DNA from: Octopus vulgaris
Taxonomy: Eukaryota
Assembly (NCBI GenBank): GCA_951406725.2
Contig: OX597824.1
Location: forward strand, 39,990,001-40,054,000
Direction: 5' to 3'
Length of the DNA: 64,000 nucleotides
In this document: positions 26,088 through 38,457 of the stretch, piece by piece
How the letters are laid out: each line of letters starts with the position of its first letter
Position numbering within the stretch: the first letter of the stretch is position 1
Made by a program: the position numbers and the translations under genes
Notes under the pieces: generated by a model
Seen by the model: only the letters and a program-made list of their open reading frames with translations
Database searches by the model: none
Told to the model about the DNA's origin: nothing

Positions 26088-26473
26088 CTAGCCCAGCGTT
26101 GCTCGGGCTAGTTTTCTTTTCGACCCTTTAGAATTGGAATTATTGAAAAGTAAACATTTTGCATTATGTAGCTTGTTATTCTCCTTAAGTGAACATTTTT
26201 CTGGTTGAAATGCACCGAAAAATGGCGACACAGCAGTCAAAAAATCGTAAAAAATAGGGTTTTTCATAGAAAAAAAGCACCTTTTTAATGTAAATACTTT
26301 TTGGTGTTAATATGGTCCGATTTGAATTTTTTCTTCTACGGTAGGAAGAGCAAGCCTTCTTCTATCATACTCCCAATTTTGGTCAACTTGCACCGCAGGG
26401 TCTCGGAGGAGATAGTGTTAGTTGAAGGCTACCAAACCTTCCACACACAGACAACTTCAGCTTTATATATATA
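26088..26473 (-). mobile_element. Short non-autonomous Helitron-like element
   Basis: Minus strand begins TATATATAAAGCTGAAGTTGTCTGTGTG and ends with hairpin CCCGAGC-AAC-GCTGGG then CTAG|T. Confidence 0.7.
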
Positions 26474-26489
26474 TTTATTATATAGAAGG

Positions 26490-26540
26490 AGCTTCTACAG
26501 GACTAGTACTGTTTCATTCAAGAGAAATCTTCAGGAAGCT
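26490..26540 (-). ncRNA. Type I hammerhead ribozyme motif (left arm)
   Basis: Exact reverse complement of 29646-29696. Confidence 0.8.
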
Positions 26541-26909
26541 ATTTAACAAGAATTGTATTAGCATTTATACATTTAGGCAGGTTTAAAGGAGTGGTGGTGG
26601 GGGACTTTTTGGGGGTAGGCATAGCGCAAAATATCATACTTGGGGGAGTGGTCAAGGAGTCAGTGGTAAGTTAGATGAAAGAATAGATAAATAAAAAAAT
26701 AAAATAATAAAATAATAAAATAAAATAAAAAAATAAAAAAATAAAAAAATAAAAAAATAAAAAAATAAAAAATAAAAAATATATATAAAAAATATATATA
26801 TAAAAAAATATATATATAAAAAAAGGGGGGATAGAGTTATAGGTAAATAAGGAGATTCTCACTTATACCTATACACATATGTATACGTATCTACACACAT
26901 ATATATATA

Positions 26910-26955
<46 letters not shown>

Positions 26956-27261
26956 TATATACACATATACATACATATATATCTACATACACACATACAT
27001 ACACCCGCCCACATATACAAATTTATACACATGCACATGCATATACCTGTCTACACATACACACACGTATATATGCATACACTCACTCCCATGCATGCAC
27101 GCATACACACATGTATATATATACACACGACCACACATACATATATACACAGAAAAAAATATATTCATACGCACATACACTCATGCACACACAACACACC
27201 TAGTTCCCTATATACACATATTTAAACCTATATATACATACACCCACATACACATATGTAC

Positions 27262-27324
<63 letters not shown>

Positions 27325-27435
27325 CACGCATACATATATATACATGTGTGCACATACATACATATACACATATACATACACACACACATACACACACACA
27401 CACACATGTGTACCTATACATACCTACACATACAC

Positions 27436-27483
<48 letters not shown>

Positions 27484-27874
27484 CCAATACAGGCCCATTC
27501 CCTAATTTTAATTTTATTATCTTCATTTATTACTTTTGTTATCTTTGATCGCTAGAGCTAAGGATCCTGGCTATGGCAGCATGTCCATTTGTCTGTCTAC
27601 TAGAAGGCAAGTACTCATTCCCGCACGCACACTCATTAGCACGTACATTCACCCATTCGTACACTCATACACATACACGTACGCACGCGTTATATTCATA
27701 CATACAAACATCTACATACGTTCACGTATATACACATACGTACTCGTACCTACAGATTCGTGTCTACACTTTAGGAGGCTAGTCTATACATATACACCAA
27801 TAAATATACATATATATATATATACACATATACATACACACACACACATATACTTCTACATACAGATACATACC

Positions 27875-27926
<52 letters not shown>

Positions 27927-28150
27927 TATATACACATACATACATACACACACACACATATATATACACACACATACATACACATATATATACATACACA
28001 AACATATATACACACATATATATATATATATATACACACATACACACACATACATACATATACACACAAACACATACATACGTATACATACATACATACA
28101 TCCATACATCCATACTTACATGCATTTATACGCATACACACACCCCCATC

Positions 28151-28181
<31 letters not shown>

Positions 28182-28239
28182 TCACACATACATATACAAA
28201 TATACGCACACACATACATACATACACGTATACGCATAC

Positions 28240-28665
28240 ACGCACATACACATATACATGCGTACCCATACACGTGCACACACGCACGTGCATCCATATA
28301 TACACACACACACACATATATACACGTGTGCAGGCATACATACATACTCATACACGCACACATACTTACATATACATATATGCACACACTTACACACATA
28401 TATACATACACATATACATGCATACATACATATATGCATACATACACATACACGCACATACACATATACATGCGTACCCATACACGTGCACACACGCACG
28501 CGCATCCATATATATACACACACACACATATATATACACGTGTGCAGGCATACATACATACTCATACACGCACACATACTTACATATACATATATGCACA
28601 CACTTACACACATATATACATACACATATACATGCATACATACATATATGCATACATACACACAC
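28240..28665. repeat. ~212-bp direct tandem duplication of cryptically simple CA/TA sequence
   Basis: GCGTACCCATACACGTGCAC and GTGTGCAGGCATAC each occur twice at the same spacing. Confidence 0.85.
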
Positions 28666-28670
28666 GCGCA

Positions 28671-28714
<44 letters not shown>

Positions 28715-28757
28715 CATATATATATACATACATATATACACATACACATACATACAC

Positions 28758-28789
<32 letters not shown>

Positions 28790-28906
28790 GTGTATGTGTA
28801 GGTATGTATAGGTACACATGTGTGTGTGTGTGTGTATGTGTGTGTGTATGTATATGTGTATATGTATGTATGTGCACACATGTATATATATGTATGCGTG
28901 TATATG

Positions 28907-28945
<39 letters not shown>

Positions 28946-29251
28946 GTACATATGTGTATGTGGGTGTATGTATATATAGGTGTAAATATGTGTATATAGG
29001 GAACTAGGTGTGTTGTGTGTGCATGAGTGTATGTGCGTATGAATATATTTTTTTCTGTGTATATATGTATGTGTGGTCGTGTGTATATATATACATGTGT
29101 GTATGCGTGCATGCATGGGAGTGAGTGTATGCATATATACGTGTGTGTATGTGTAGACAGGTATATGCATGTGCATGTGTATAAATTTGTATATGTGGGC
29201 GGGTGTATGTATGTGTGTATGTAGATATATATGTATGTATATGTGTATATA

Positions 29252-29293
<42 letters not shown>

Positions 29294-29645
29294 TATATAT
29301 ATATGTGTGTAGATACGTATACATATGTGTATAGGTATAAGTGAGAATCTCCTTATTTACCTATAACTCTATCCCCCCTTTTTTTATATATATATTTTTT
29401 TATATATATATTTTTTATATATATTTTTTATTTTTTATTTTTTATTTTTTTATTTTTTTATTTTATTTTATTATTTTATTATTTTATTTTTTTATTTATC
29501 TATTCTTTCATCTAACTTACCACTGACTCCTTGACCACTCCCCCAAGTATGATATTTTGCGCTATGCCTACCCCCAAAAAGTCCCCCACCACCACTCCTT
29601 TAAACCTGCCTAAATGTATAAATGCTAATACAATTCTTGTTAAAT

Positions 29646-29696
29646 AGCTTCCTGAAGATTTCTCTTGAATGAAACAGTACTAGTCCTGTAGAAGCT
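29646..29696 (+). ncRNA. Type I hammerhead ribozyme motif (right arm)
   Basis: AGCUUC-CUGAAGA-UUUC(UCUU)GAAU-GAA-ACAG(UACUAGUC)CUGU-A-GAAGCU; helix I 6 bp, helix III 4 bp with palindromic loop, GUA cleavage triplet; first helix II pair is U-U. Confidence 0.8.
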
Positions 29697-30754
29697 CCTT
29701 CTATATAATAAATTAATTTTACTCTGCTATGTATTGAGTACCTTACTTACTGTGGTTAACCCCGAATCAACCCGGGACCTACATAGCTTTATATATATAT
29801 ATATATATATATTCTTTGAATTAGTATAGCCACGTGTGACTTGATAGTCTTTCGTAGAACAACAATCTTTTCCGTTTTGCTGATGCATGATGGTATGTAT
29901 TTTTATACTTTTTCTTTTGACATTTCTTTAAAAGGTCTAAAATACCTCTTAACAGTTGTGAAAAGAGAAGGGACATTACATTTCTGCATATTTCCCATCT
30001 ATACTGTAAATCGCCCGCAGGTAGTCTTCGACCTCTTCTTTTTTTACCATCCAAATTTTTGTTTAATGTAATATATTACATGTAATTCATATCTGTAATT
30101 GCCCGACGAAATACTTGGCGGCATTTCTTCCGGTTTTACGTTCTCGTGGTCGATAAAATAAGTACCAGAGGTCGATGTAATCGAATTTCTCACTCGAACG
30201 ATATTTTTGACCTTGAGCCAAAATTTGAAACCAGTTTATCGCTGCATTTACTTCGAAACTCGTCCTCAGGATGAACTAGCAATATCAACTTTGTGGGTCT
30301 CTTATAGTAAAATGTCGTCGGTCTTTTAGAGTCAGTCTTCACAATTTTCTTTCAAACATTGGAGAATACATTTGTTCGTACTGTCTTCACTCCCAGTTAG
30401 TGCCGCCACCAGAGCTACAGTCATTGACTTTTACATGTAGACGATCAATCTTACCATGGAACAACGTCATGCAGCCGAAGTTAGGTCTGTTGTCACACGT
30501 AGTGTAAGCATGTTTATTCGTCTACTATTAGCCTTATTGTCACTTGTTTCAGCTAGAATAACACTGCAATCACTGTAATAATAATATTGTAATCATCTTC
30601 TCTTGTTTTCAAACCAAATTATTTGTTGTTATAATTGTTTTGACGTCAACTTATTTAACCCTCAGTGGAGGTCATACCTGAATATTTTCATATAACAAGC
30701 AGAAAAATCATAATTTTTTGGTGGTGGGATGAGTAATTTTATAGCAATTACATA

Positions 30755-31510
30755 AATCATTATCGAGAAATGCTCCAGTTCCAGCATTCGATCCTCAGAA
30801 GAGAAGTTGGTAAAAATATAAAAACTCTTCAATTCGGTTTTCGTGTCTACTCTCACCTATGGTCATGGAAATTGTGTAATGATCGAAAGAGTAAGTATAA
30901 GGGATCAAAATGGAGTTCCTCCGAAGTGTCTCTCGAATAATGTTATTCGGCAGAGTGGTAAAGGTAAAGTTATTTTCTCGAGTCAAGCCGACTCATAAGG
31001 GCCGGTTTCCCGGTTTCCATGAAGTATAAATCCCCACAAGGACGGGACGCGGATCCATTGCTGGATTACTTATTAGTGATAGTTGAGTGTAGTGGAGCAA
31101 CGTGAAATGAAGTGTTTTGCGAGAGAACACAAACGTATCGCCCGGTCCCGAAATCGCAACCACAATCTTATGATCATGAGTCCAACACCCTAATCACTAA
31201 CCGACGCACCTCCACAATCGGCAGAGAGTATAACTCAGAGATCAGGTAGTCTCTCCAGGTCGGGTCGCTGCTTCTCTGCATTGAGGGGTCTCATCTCCAA
31301 TACTACAAACATGTGATTAGAATGTTACAAGACGGATTCTTTAGGCCAAGCCAACCGGCAGATTTTGGGGTACACCATGAGGGAGATAGTTGGAAAGTAT
31401 CCATAGTCTCAATTGGCCGCTCTTGGAAAGTTAGCTGGAAAATCTAATGAAGTTGCGTTAGATAGGACCTTATGGAGGAGGTACCAGAGGACTCTGCCCA
31501 CAAAATCCTC
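30755..31510 (+). mobile_element. RTE-clade (Expander/Rex3-like) LINE 3' remnant interrupted by a SINE
   Basis: LFNSVFVSTLTYGHG..MEFLRSVS../[35 protein letters not shown]; ends in (GGAT)n. Confidence 0.75.
30956..31217 (-). mobile_element. Family-C-related SINE with 9-bp TSD
   Basis: TSD TCGGCAGAG at 30947-30955 and 31218-31226. Confidence 0.8.
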
Positions 31511-31945
31511 CGAGGAAAATGGGCGGAAATGGATGGATGGATGGATGGATAGGATAGGATAGGATGGTTGGAAATATGGAGGGAGGAAGAGACGACTGGA
31601 AGGAGGGAGGGAGGGAGGGATGAATGGAAAGATGGTTTGATGGATGGATTGATGGACGGACGGATGGACGAACGGACGGACGGATAGATAACTGGATAGA
31701 GCAATGAATGGGCAGACGGATGGATGGTTGGATGAACGGACGGACGGATGGGTGGAGAGATGGATGGATGCACGGATAAAGGAATGGGTGGATGGATAGA
31801 TGGATGAATGGATGGATTGAAGGATTGACCAGATGCATGGATGGATGGATGGATGGATGAATGGATGAATTGACCAGATATATGGATGGATTGACAGAGT
31901 GACCAGATGCATAAATGGATGGATGGATGGATGGATGGATGGACG
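31510..31945. repeat. Degenerate (GGAT)n/(GGAC)n tract, expanded RTE tail
   Basis: Begins exactly at the RTE 3' end. Confidence 0.85.
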
Positions 31946-32912
31946 GGCGGGCGGACAGAATAGATGAAATATATAAATAAATTAAGAATTTGATAATTAC
32001 AGCTGCTTCCATAGCAGCAACTAATAAACTTCCCTTTCTCTATAATGCTTTTCTTCTGTTCATCACTTTGTTACTGATGACGTCACATGCAGCCGTGTTG
32101 CTTGTGGCAAAATTCAAAGATCGTTAATAAAAATGCTTCTTCAATGAATGCGAGCAGGACAATAACCAGGCTGATAGTTGTGCCATTTATATTGAGGATG
32201 AAATTTAGCGTAAATTCGATAATACATAATCGGACTAATGACGGTGCCCCAGCATGGCCACAGCCTCTGGCTGAAACTAGTGACAGTGAAGTTAATTAGT
32301 CTCCAACACTAAGCGTGCCGAGTATGTAGCTGCCTGTGTATATGTATGCATGTATGTATGTATGTATGTATGTATGTATGTATGTATGTATGTATGTATG
32401 TATGTATGTATGTATGTATGTATGTATGTATGTATGATTGTATGTACATATATACATACGTACATATGTATATGCATACATACATTCATACGAACGTACG
32501 TACTTACACATATGCGTACGTATGTATGTTTCTGCATACGTATGTATATATGTACGTAAGTTCGTATGCACGTATGTATATATGTATATATTTATGTATG
32601 TATGTACATGCAAACGTGCATTATGTAAGTACATGTACTTACATAAATACATGCATGCGTTCACACATGCATACATACATAATCATATGCATTCATACAC
32701 ATATACACACATATATGAATATATATATGTGTGTGTATGTGTGTGTGCGTGTGTGTGTGTGTGCATACATACGAACATATGAATATATATAAATATATAT
32801 ATATATACATGGTACACTTATATATATGCATACATATACATATATACGCATACATACTTATATATGTATATATATATATATACACTTATATTTGTATATA
32901 TACATATATAAA

Positions 32913-32944
<32 letters not shown>

Positions 32945-32945
<1 letters not shown>

Positions 32946-33205
32946 ACGGAACAGCCTGCTCGTGGGATTAACGTGCAAGTGGCTGAGCTCTCCACAGACA
33001 CGTGTACCCTTAACGTAGTTCTCGGGGAGATTCAGCGTGACACACGGTGTGACAAGGCTGGCCCTTTGAAATTCAGGTACAACAGAAACTGGAAGAAAGA
33101 GCGAAAGTTGTAGTAAAAGAGTACAGCAGAGTTCACCACCACCCACTGCCGGAGCCTCGTAGAGGTTTAGGTGTGTTCGCTCAGTAAACATTCACAAAGC
33201 CCGAT
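32945..33205 (-). mobile_element. SINE fragment (family E)
   Basis: Homologous to 49585-49680 (+) and ~54110-54200. Confidence 0.65.
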
Positions 33206-33247
33206 CTGTGCCTCTACATATATGTATATATATATAAATATATATAT

Positions 33248-33600
33248 GTATGGTTCAGTAGTTAGAGCGTCGAGCTGACGATCGTGATGTTGTGAGTTTG
33301 ATTTGTGTGGTTGTGAGTTTGACCGGGCTGCGTGTTGTGTTCTTGAGCAAGACACTTTATATTACCTTGCTCCAGTTCACTCAGCTGTACAAATAAGTTG
33401 CGACGTCACTGGTTCCAAGCTGCATCGGCCTTTATTTTTCTCTTGGATAACATCAGTGGTGTGAAGAGGGGAGGCTGGTATGCATTGGCGACTGCTGGTC
33501 TTCCATAAAAACAGCCCTAAGTTCGGTGGTGAGGCGACTTTCTTCCCAGCCTTGTAACCCAGAGAGGAACCCCTTAGTTGCACCCATGGCATATGTGACC
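33248..33600 (+). mobile_element. Family-D SINE
   Basis: tRNA-like head, TTGTGTTCTTGAGCAAGACACTT core. Confidence 0.7.
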
Positions 33601-33759
33601 GACAGTGTCCAGATTTGTCCTCATCTTGTTTGTTGTTAACAAAACGTTTTGGCTGATATACTTTCGATGTCATTGTTAGTAGCCCGCACTCTTAACCACT
33701 ACGCCAAATGCCCGTGGGCTATTATGGAGTGAATTTTAGGGTTTATAAATCTAATATTT

Positions 33760-34000
33760 TCCTATCCTTCATTAATACCGGTTCCCATATGCTACTCATA
33801 TCTGCACTCGGTTTGCTTAGGAGGTTATTATGTCTTAGCATATGTGTTGCTTCTCTTAGTTTTCGTATTTTCCAATGGTTTCTCTACTATTTTAACTTCA
33901 TGTATGGTTTTCGTTTTTCCATACATGATCAGCTATACCCGATATATCAATATCTCCTCGTGTCACAGCTTTGTGATATTCCTCTACCCTTATTTTGAGG
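33760..34000 (-). mobile_element. Penelope-like GIY-YIG C-terminal remnant
   Basis: LKIRVEEYHKAVTRGDIDISGIADHVWKNENH...HMLRHNNLLSKPSADMSSIWEPVL. Confidence 0.75.
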
Positions 34001-34044
34001 TGGGGGGGGGGCATGTTAAAACCCGAAAATTCACTCCATAATTG

Positions 34045-34089
<45 letters not shown>

Positions 34090-34112
34090 ATATGTTTGTG
34101 TATATATATATA

Positions 34113-34337
34113 TTATTATGACGGCTGCCCCCTCGTTATCGAGTATGGTCATTGCACGAAGCTTAACTGTTACTGGTGCTGTGATCGAATGTGACTTTTT
34201 AGCCCAGCTAAAGATCTACAATGTCTTGTACAGAATTGGCAACTAAAACCTTTAGCGGTAATAGCCGGCTGTAGTTGTAACTGGGCTTCATGTACCTTTG
34301 CATGTTGTTTAAGTCCTCCTGCCGAATTACACTCACT

Positions 34338-34338
<1 letters not shown>
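34113..34338 (-). mobile_element. RTE/BovB-type LINE 3' end with C2H2 finger
   Basis: FSCQFCTRHCRSLAGLKSHIRSQH followed by a short 3' UTR and (TAA) tail. Confidence 0.7.
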
Positions 34339-34421
<83 letters not shown>

Positions 34422-34992
34422 TAACGTTTATTTTTAGTAGTTTTGACCGCATTGGTCCCTCTTAGCGTGTGGTATCTACGAATAGTAGTACCCTCAATAT
34501 AATATAAATGAATATTTTCAAAGAGGAAGAATTTACGGATTTTTTCTCTTACGAGGTTTTTCACGCTGACTACTGATAATTTCTTTTAAAGATTTTATCC
34601 TCAATTGTTAATTTATATTTTTCACCGGAATAGTTCAATACTGAATTTTTATTCCGACTAGATAGATTGTTACCGAAATGCATTGCGAAAAAGCCCGCCA
34701 TTTTCATAGATATGTAAGGATAAACATTCGTACATGCTACGACGAATTCTACGGTTGGCTATCGAGTTTGTAATGTTATGTTTTTTCTTATATTTCTTGA
34801 GTTTGTTGCACTGACGAACATGAAATGCATATTCTGCATTAAATGCGAAATCACATGTGATATGTAACTGAATTCTTTTTTAAAATGATGTGTTTTGAAG
34901 TTTTGCATTCGGTAAAATTTTGTTTATTTTTAGTAGTTTTGACTGCATTGGTCCCTCTTAGCGTGTGGTATCTACGAATAGTAGTACCCTCA

Positions 34993-35000
<8 letters not shown>
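34422..35000 (+). mobile_element. Penelope-like pseudo-LTR with ~80-bp terminal direct repeat, in (TA)n
   Basis: TTTATTTTTAGTAGTTTTGAC.GCATTGGTCCC...CCCTCAATATAATA at 34427-34503 and 34923-35000; internal hammerhead. Confidence 0.8.
34805..34868 (+). ncRNA. Type I hammerhead ribozyme motif with extended helix II
   Basis: GUUGCA-CUGACGA-ACAU..AAUGCA(UAUUC)UGCAUU..AUGC-GAA-AUCAC(AU)GUGAU-A-UGUAAC. Confidence 0.8.
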
Positions 35001-35051
<51 letters not shown>

Positions 35052-35076
35052 TTATATAGAAATATATATATATGCA

Positions 35077-35488
35077 TATGAGTGTCGGCTAACCAAGACA
35101 CTCTTATGGTCTGTCACCAATTGGGGTTTATTTTTTTCAGTATACACCTTGTATTACACGCACTTTTGCAATTGCTGTCGCAGTCCTTGGATCCCATTAG
35201 TGAAGATGCTTTTCTCTCGTCGCGCAACAGTAGATATGACATCAGTTAGATATGACATCAAGGCAAGATAATAGCCAGATGGGGCAAAATCAAGAGAATA
35301 GGGAAGGTGGTCAACCAGAGAAGTTGCTACTAGTTACTTTTGAAGTCTTCTTTGGACAAACAGATGTCTACTTGGGAAGAAAGAATGCACGTACTGATAA
35401 GAGGTGGTGAAATTACTACATGTAAGATTTCACATCTCTAGCATCACTCCTTCATAGTCAGTCTATGAACTTTGCAGCCCACCCCCAT
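35077..35488 (-). mobile_element. Highly decayed mariner deletion derivative
   Basis: Minus translation VDHLPYSLDFAPSGYY (YSPDLAPSD motif); TIR-like GGGGGTGGGCTGCAAAGTTCATAGACTGAC at the right end. Confidence 0.6.
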
Positions 35489-35764
35489 ACATGCATATAT
35501 AAAGTACGAATACAGTCCCCCCCCACACACACACGCACATAAAGACACACACGCACACACACAAACAAACAAGCAAACACACACATAAACACACACACAT
35601 AACATTACCAAAGTTTCACACACTCTCCTACGTAAATGGTTGTGTATATACTTTTCTGTGTACGGGTGTATATGTATGTATATATATATGTCTATTGATA
35701 TAATATATTTATGAATGTAACAATATATATATACACGTTATAAATAAAAACATATATATTTCTG

Positions 35765-35795
<31 letters not shown>

Positions 35796-35796
35796 T

Positions 35797-35844
<48 letters not shown>

Positions 35845-35853
35845 ATATATATA

Positions 35854-36060
35854 CAAGAGATGCAGCACGGACTTTGTCAGTGAACAGGTCGCGGATTTTA
35901 GCGACGAAAATATTTTGACAAATTAAACTTAAATGTTGGAGTGAATCGAACGGCTTTTGTGTGTTTCTTAAATGGCTTATAAACACCTCCCACGCTGCAA
36001 TTGTTTTCGTTTCAGCACACGATCTCAGATCAAATTACTTGCTATGCGAGTACATCTCCG
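35854..36060. mobile_element. ~207-bp TA-flanked MITE-like repeat (other copies 20537-20591+21826-21908 and 36971-37125 reversed)
   Basis: Three homologous copies; short inverted termini GAGATG/CATCTC. Confidence 0.7.
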
Positions 36061-36144
<84 letters not shown>

Positions 36145-36181
36145 AATATATATATATATATAGATATATATATACACACAC

Positions 36182-36231
<50 letters not shown>

Positions 36232-36939
36232 TATGTATGTGTGTGTATGCGTGCACGCGACCATGTTAGAGGGTGTATGTAATGGATATATTCACATTGG
36301 CCCGTTTTACTCGCATGTTTCTACATGTGTATTCCAGTACATATATGCTATTGTATATAAAAATATTATACATTAAGTATATCTGGTCATGTTTTCAAGT
36401 CGAACCTATTTTAATCTATGCAGAAGATAACACGCCAATTCTACTAAAACTGCATTGGTTTTTCAGTTATAATACATTTTTCTATATCGCTATCATTTTT
36501 ATTGATTTTTTTTCCTAAACGTATTCAGACATATGTATCATGAACATTAAACTCGGGGACACACGTAGATGACTAACTATCTGTCGACCTCTGCATATTA
36601 ACGTAAATATACTGGTCGTAATTAAGTTTCTAGTAGATATTTATTCATACATATATATCATAAATATGTTGCCTACTTTGAGCCCCCCCCCCACAAGAAA
36701 CTGCTAGCAATATACTTGTCTATATAGTCTTGCAGTTAACATAACGCAACAATTCATGTGACGTAAAATAAATCGAATTATTTTATAATCAAAACCGAAA
36801 TGTCTGTCGTAAACTTTGGAAGATCCAATATTGTGCTTTAAAATTTAAAATCCAGACCGTTTAGAGCAACATTTTATTAGATTTTCATACCTCAAAGAAC
36901 GATATGCGTGTGGGGAAGGTGTATACATACATATATACA

Positions 36940-36970
<31 letters not shown>

Positions 36971-37121
36971 CAAGATGTGCTTGCATAGCAAGTGACTTGA
37001 TCTGAGTCCGTGTGCTAAATCAAAACCAATTGCTGCGTGGAAGGTGTTTATAAGCCATTTAAAAGCGCAGAAAAGAAACCGTTAGTTTCACTTAAACATT
37101 CTCTTTCCACGCTGCAATTGT

Positions 37122-37278
<157 letters not shown>

Positions 37279-37299
37279 CATTATTATTATTATTATTAT

Positions 37300-37367
<68 letters not shown>

Positions 37368-37369
<2 letters not shown>

Positions 37370-37428
37370 TTGGGCTTCGTATATTTTACCCCAGTGTCAC
37401 TTTGATGGCATGAACTGCTCTCTCACTC
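37368..37428 (+). mobile_element. 61-bp 3'-terminal copy of the 555-bp (TAA)n element
   Basis: TATTGGGCTTCG...CTCTCTCACTC between (AAT)n tracts. Confidence 0.85.
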
Positions 37429-38457
37429 AATAATAATAATAATAACGGTTTCAAATTTTGGCGCAAGGCCAGCAATTTCGGGGGAGGGTTAAGTCGATTA
37501 CATCGACCCCCAGCGCTCTACTGATACTTATTTTATCGACCCCGAAATGATGGAAGGCAAAGTGATGGAAGGAAAAATACATCAGGCTACCAAAAAGGTT
37601 TTGTGATCAATATTGTACTCCATGTAATCTGAAGTCGAAAGCCGAAGTCGAAACCTTTTTGTTAGCCTGATGTATTTTTATCTGCAGTAAGCTTAAAATG
37701 AATTTCACCTGGATTAATATCCCTTCTGAAACCCCACTTGTTTATATATATGAGTGATAGATAGAGTAAGGACGGCAGAGTAAAGAAGATGAGGCAAATG
37801 TGCAGCTGCAATTGGAAGGATGTGATTCTTAAATAGGGTGGTGGAGTAAATATCACAAGTGTCAAATGATGAAGATAAACCCAAAACAAAATTAAATTAA
37901 ACCAAAGCAAAGCAAAGGCAGCAAAACAAACAGAAAAAGAAAAGGAAAATAAAAGAGGGAATATAAGGAAATGGATATATGAAAATGAAAAATAAAAAAA
38001 TAAAAAGGATATCTTATCAAATAAATAGAGAAGGTACAAGGAAAGGGAATCTTCTATAATTCAAGCAATTAAGATAATTAACAATTACCATTTAATTTAA
38101 ATGTGCATTATCTGTAGAGTATTGGACGAGGAACGTTTGCGAGTATTATGACAGCCATTTCTTGACATGATTAATTATCGAGAGAATGATGTAATGGTTT
38201 TGTAGAAAAATGTTTACATCTTACCGCTAATTCTTGCCTGCTTTTCTCGCTTCCGTCATCACTTTGTAAACTTCTCCAAATTATTACCACGATAGTCATC
38301 GTGATCGTCGTTGTTGCTATTGTTATCATCATCATCATAATTATTATTATCGTTCGTAAGGAGGTGCACTGCTCAATATTTATATTGATAATTATTCAGA
38401 TGTAAAATTTGAAATTTTAATTTTAATTTTATTCTTAGGAAAAAGTTTCAATGACCA

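Larger units (their letters stand above)
26474..29784. mobile_element. 3.3-kb non-coding Penelope-like element with ~1-kb inverted arms (26474-27480 / 28762-29713)
   Basis: Arms are near-exact reverse complements apart from microsatellite length; hammerhead in each arm; apparent TSD AGCTTTATATATATA at 26459 and 29785; extra 70-bp tail on the right arm. Confidence 0.85.

Noticed and set aside
26879-29324. Long ORFs up to 421 aa rich in H/T/Y/I or V/C/M/Y
   Set aside because: Translations of CA/TA simple sequence, open in several frames on both strands.
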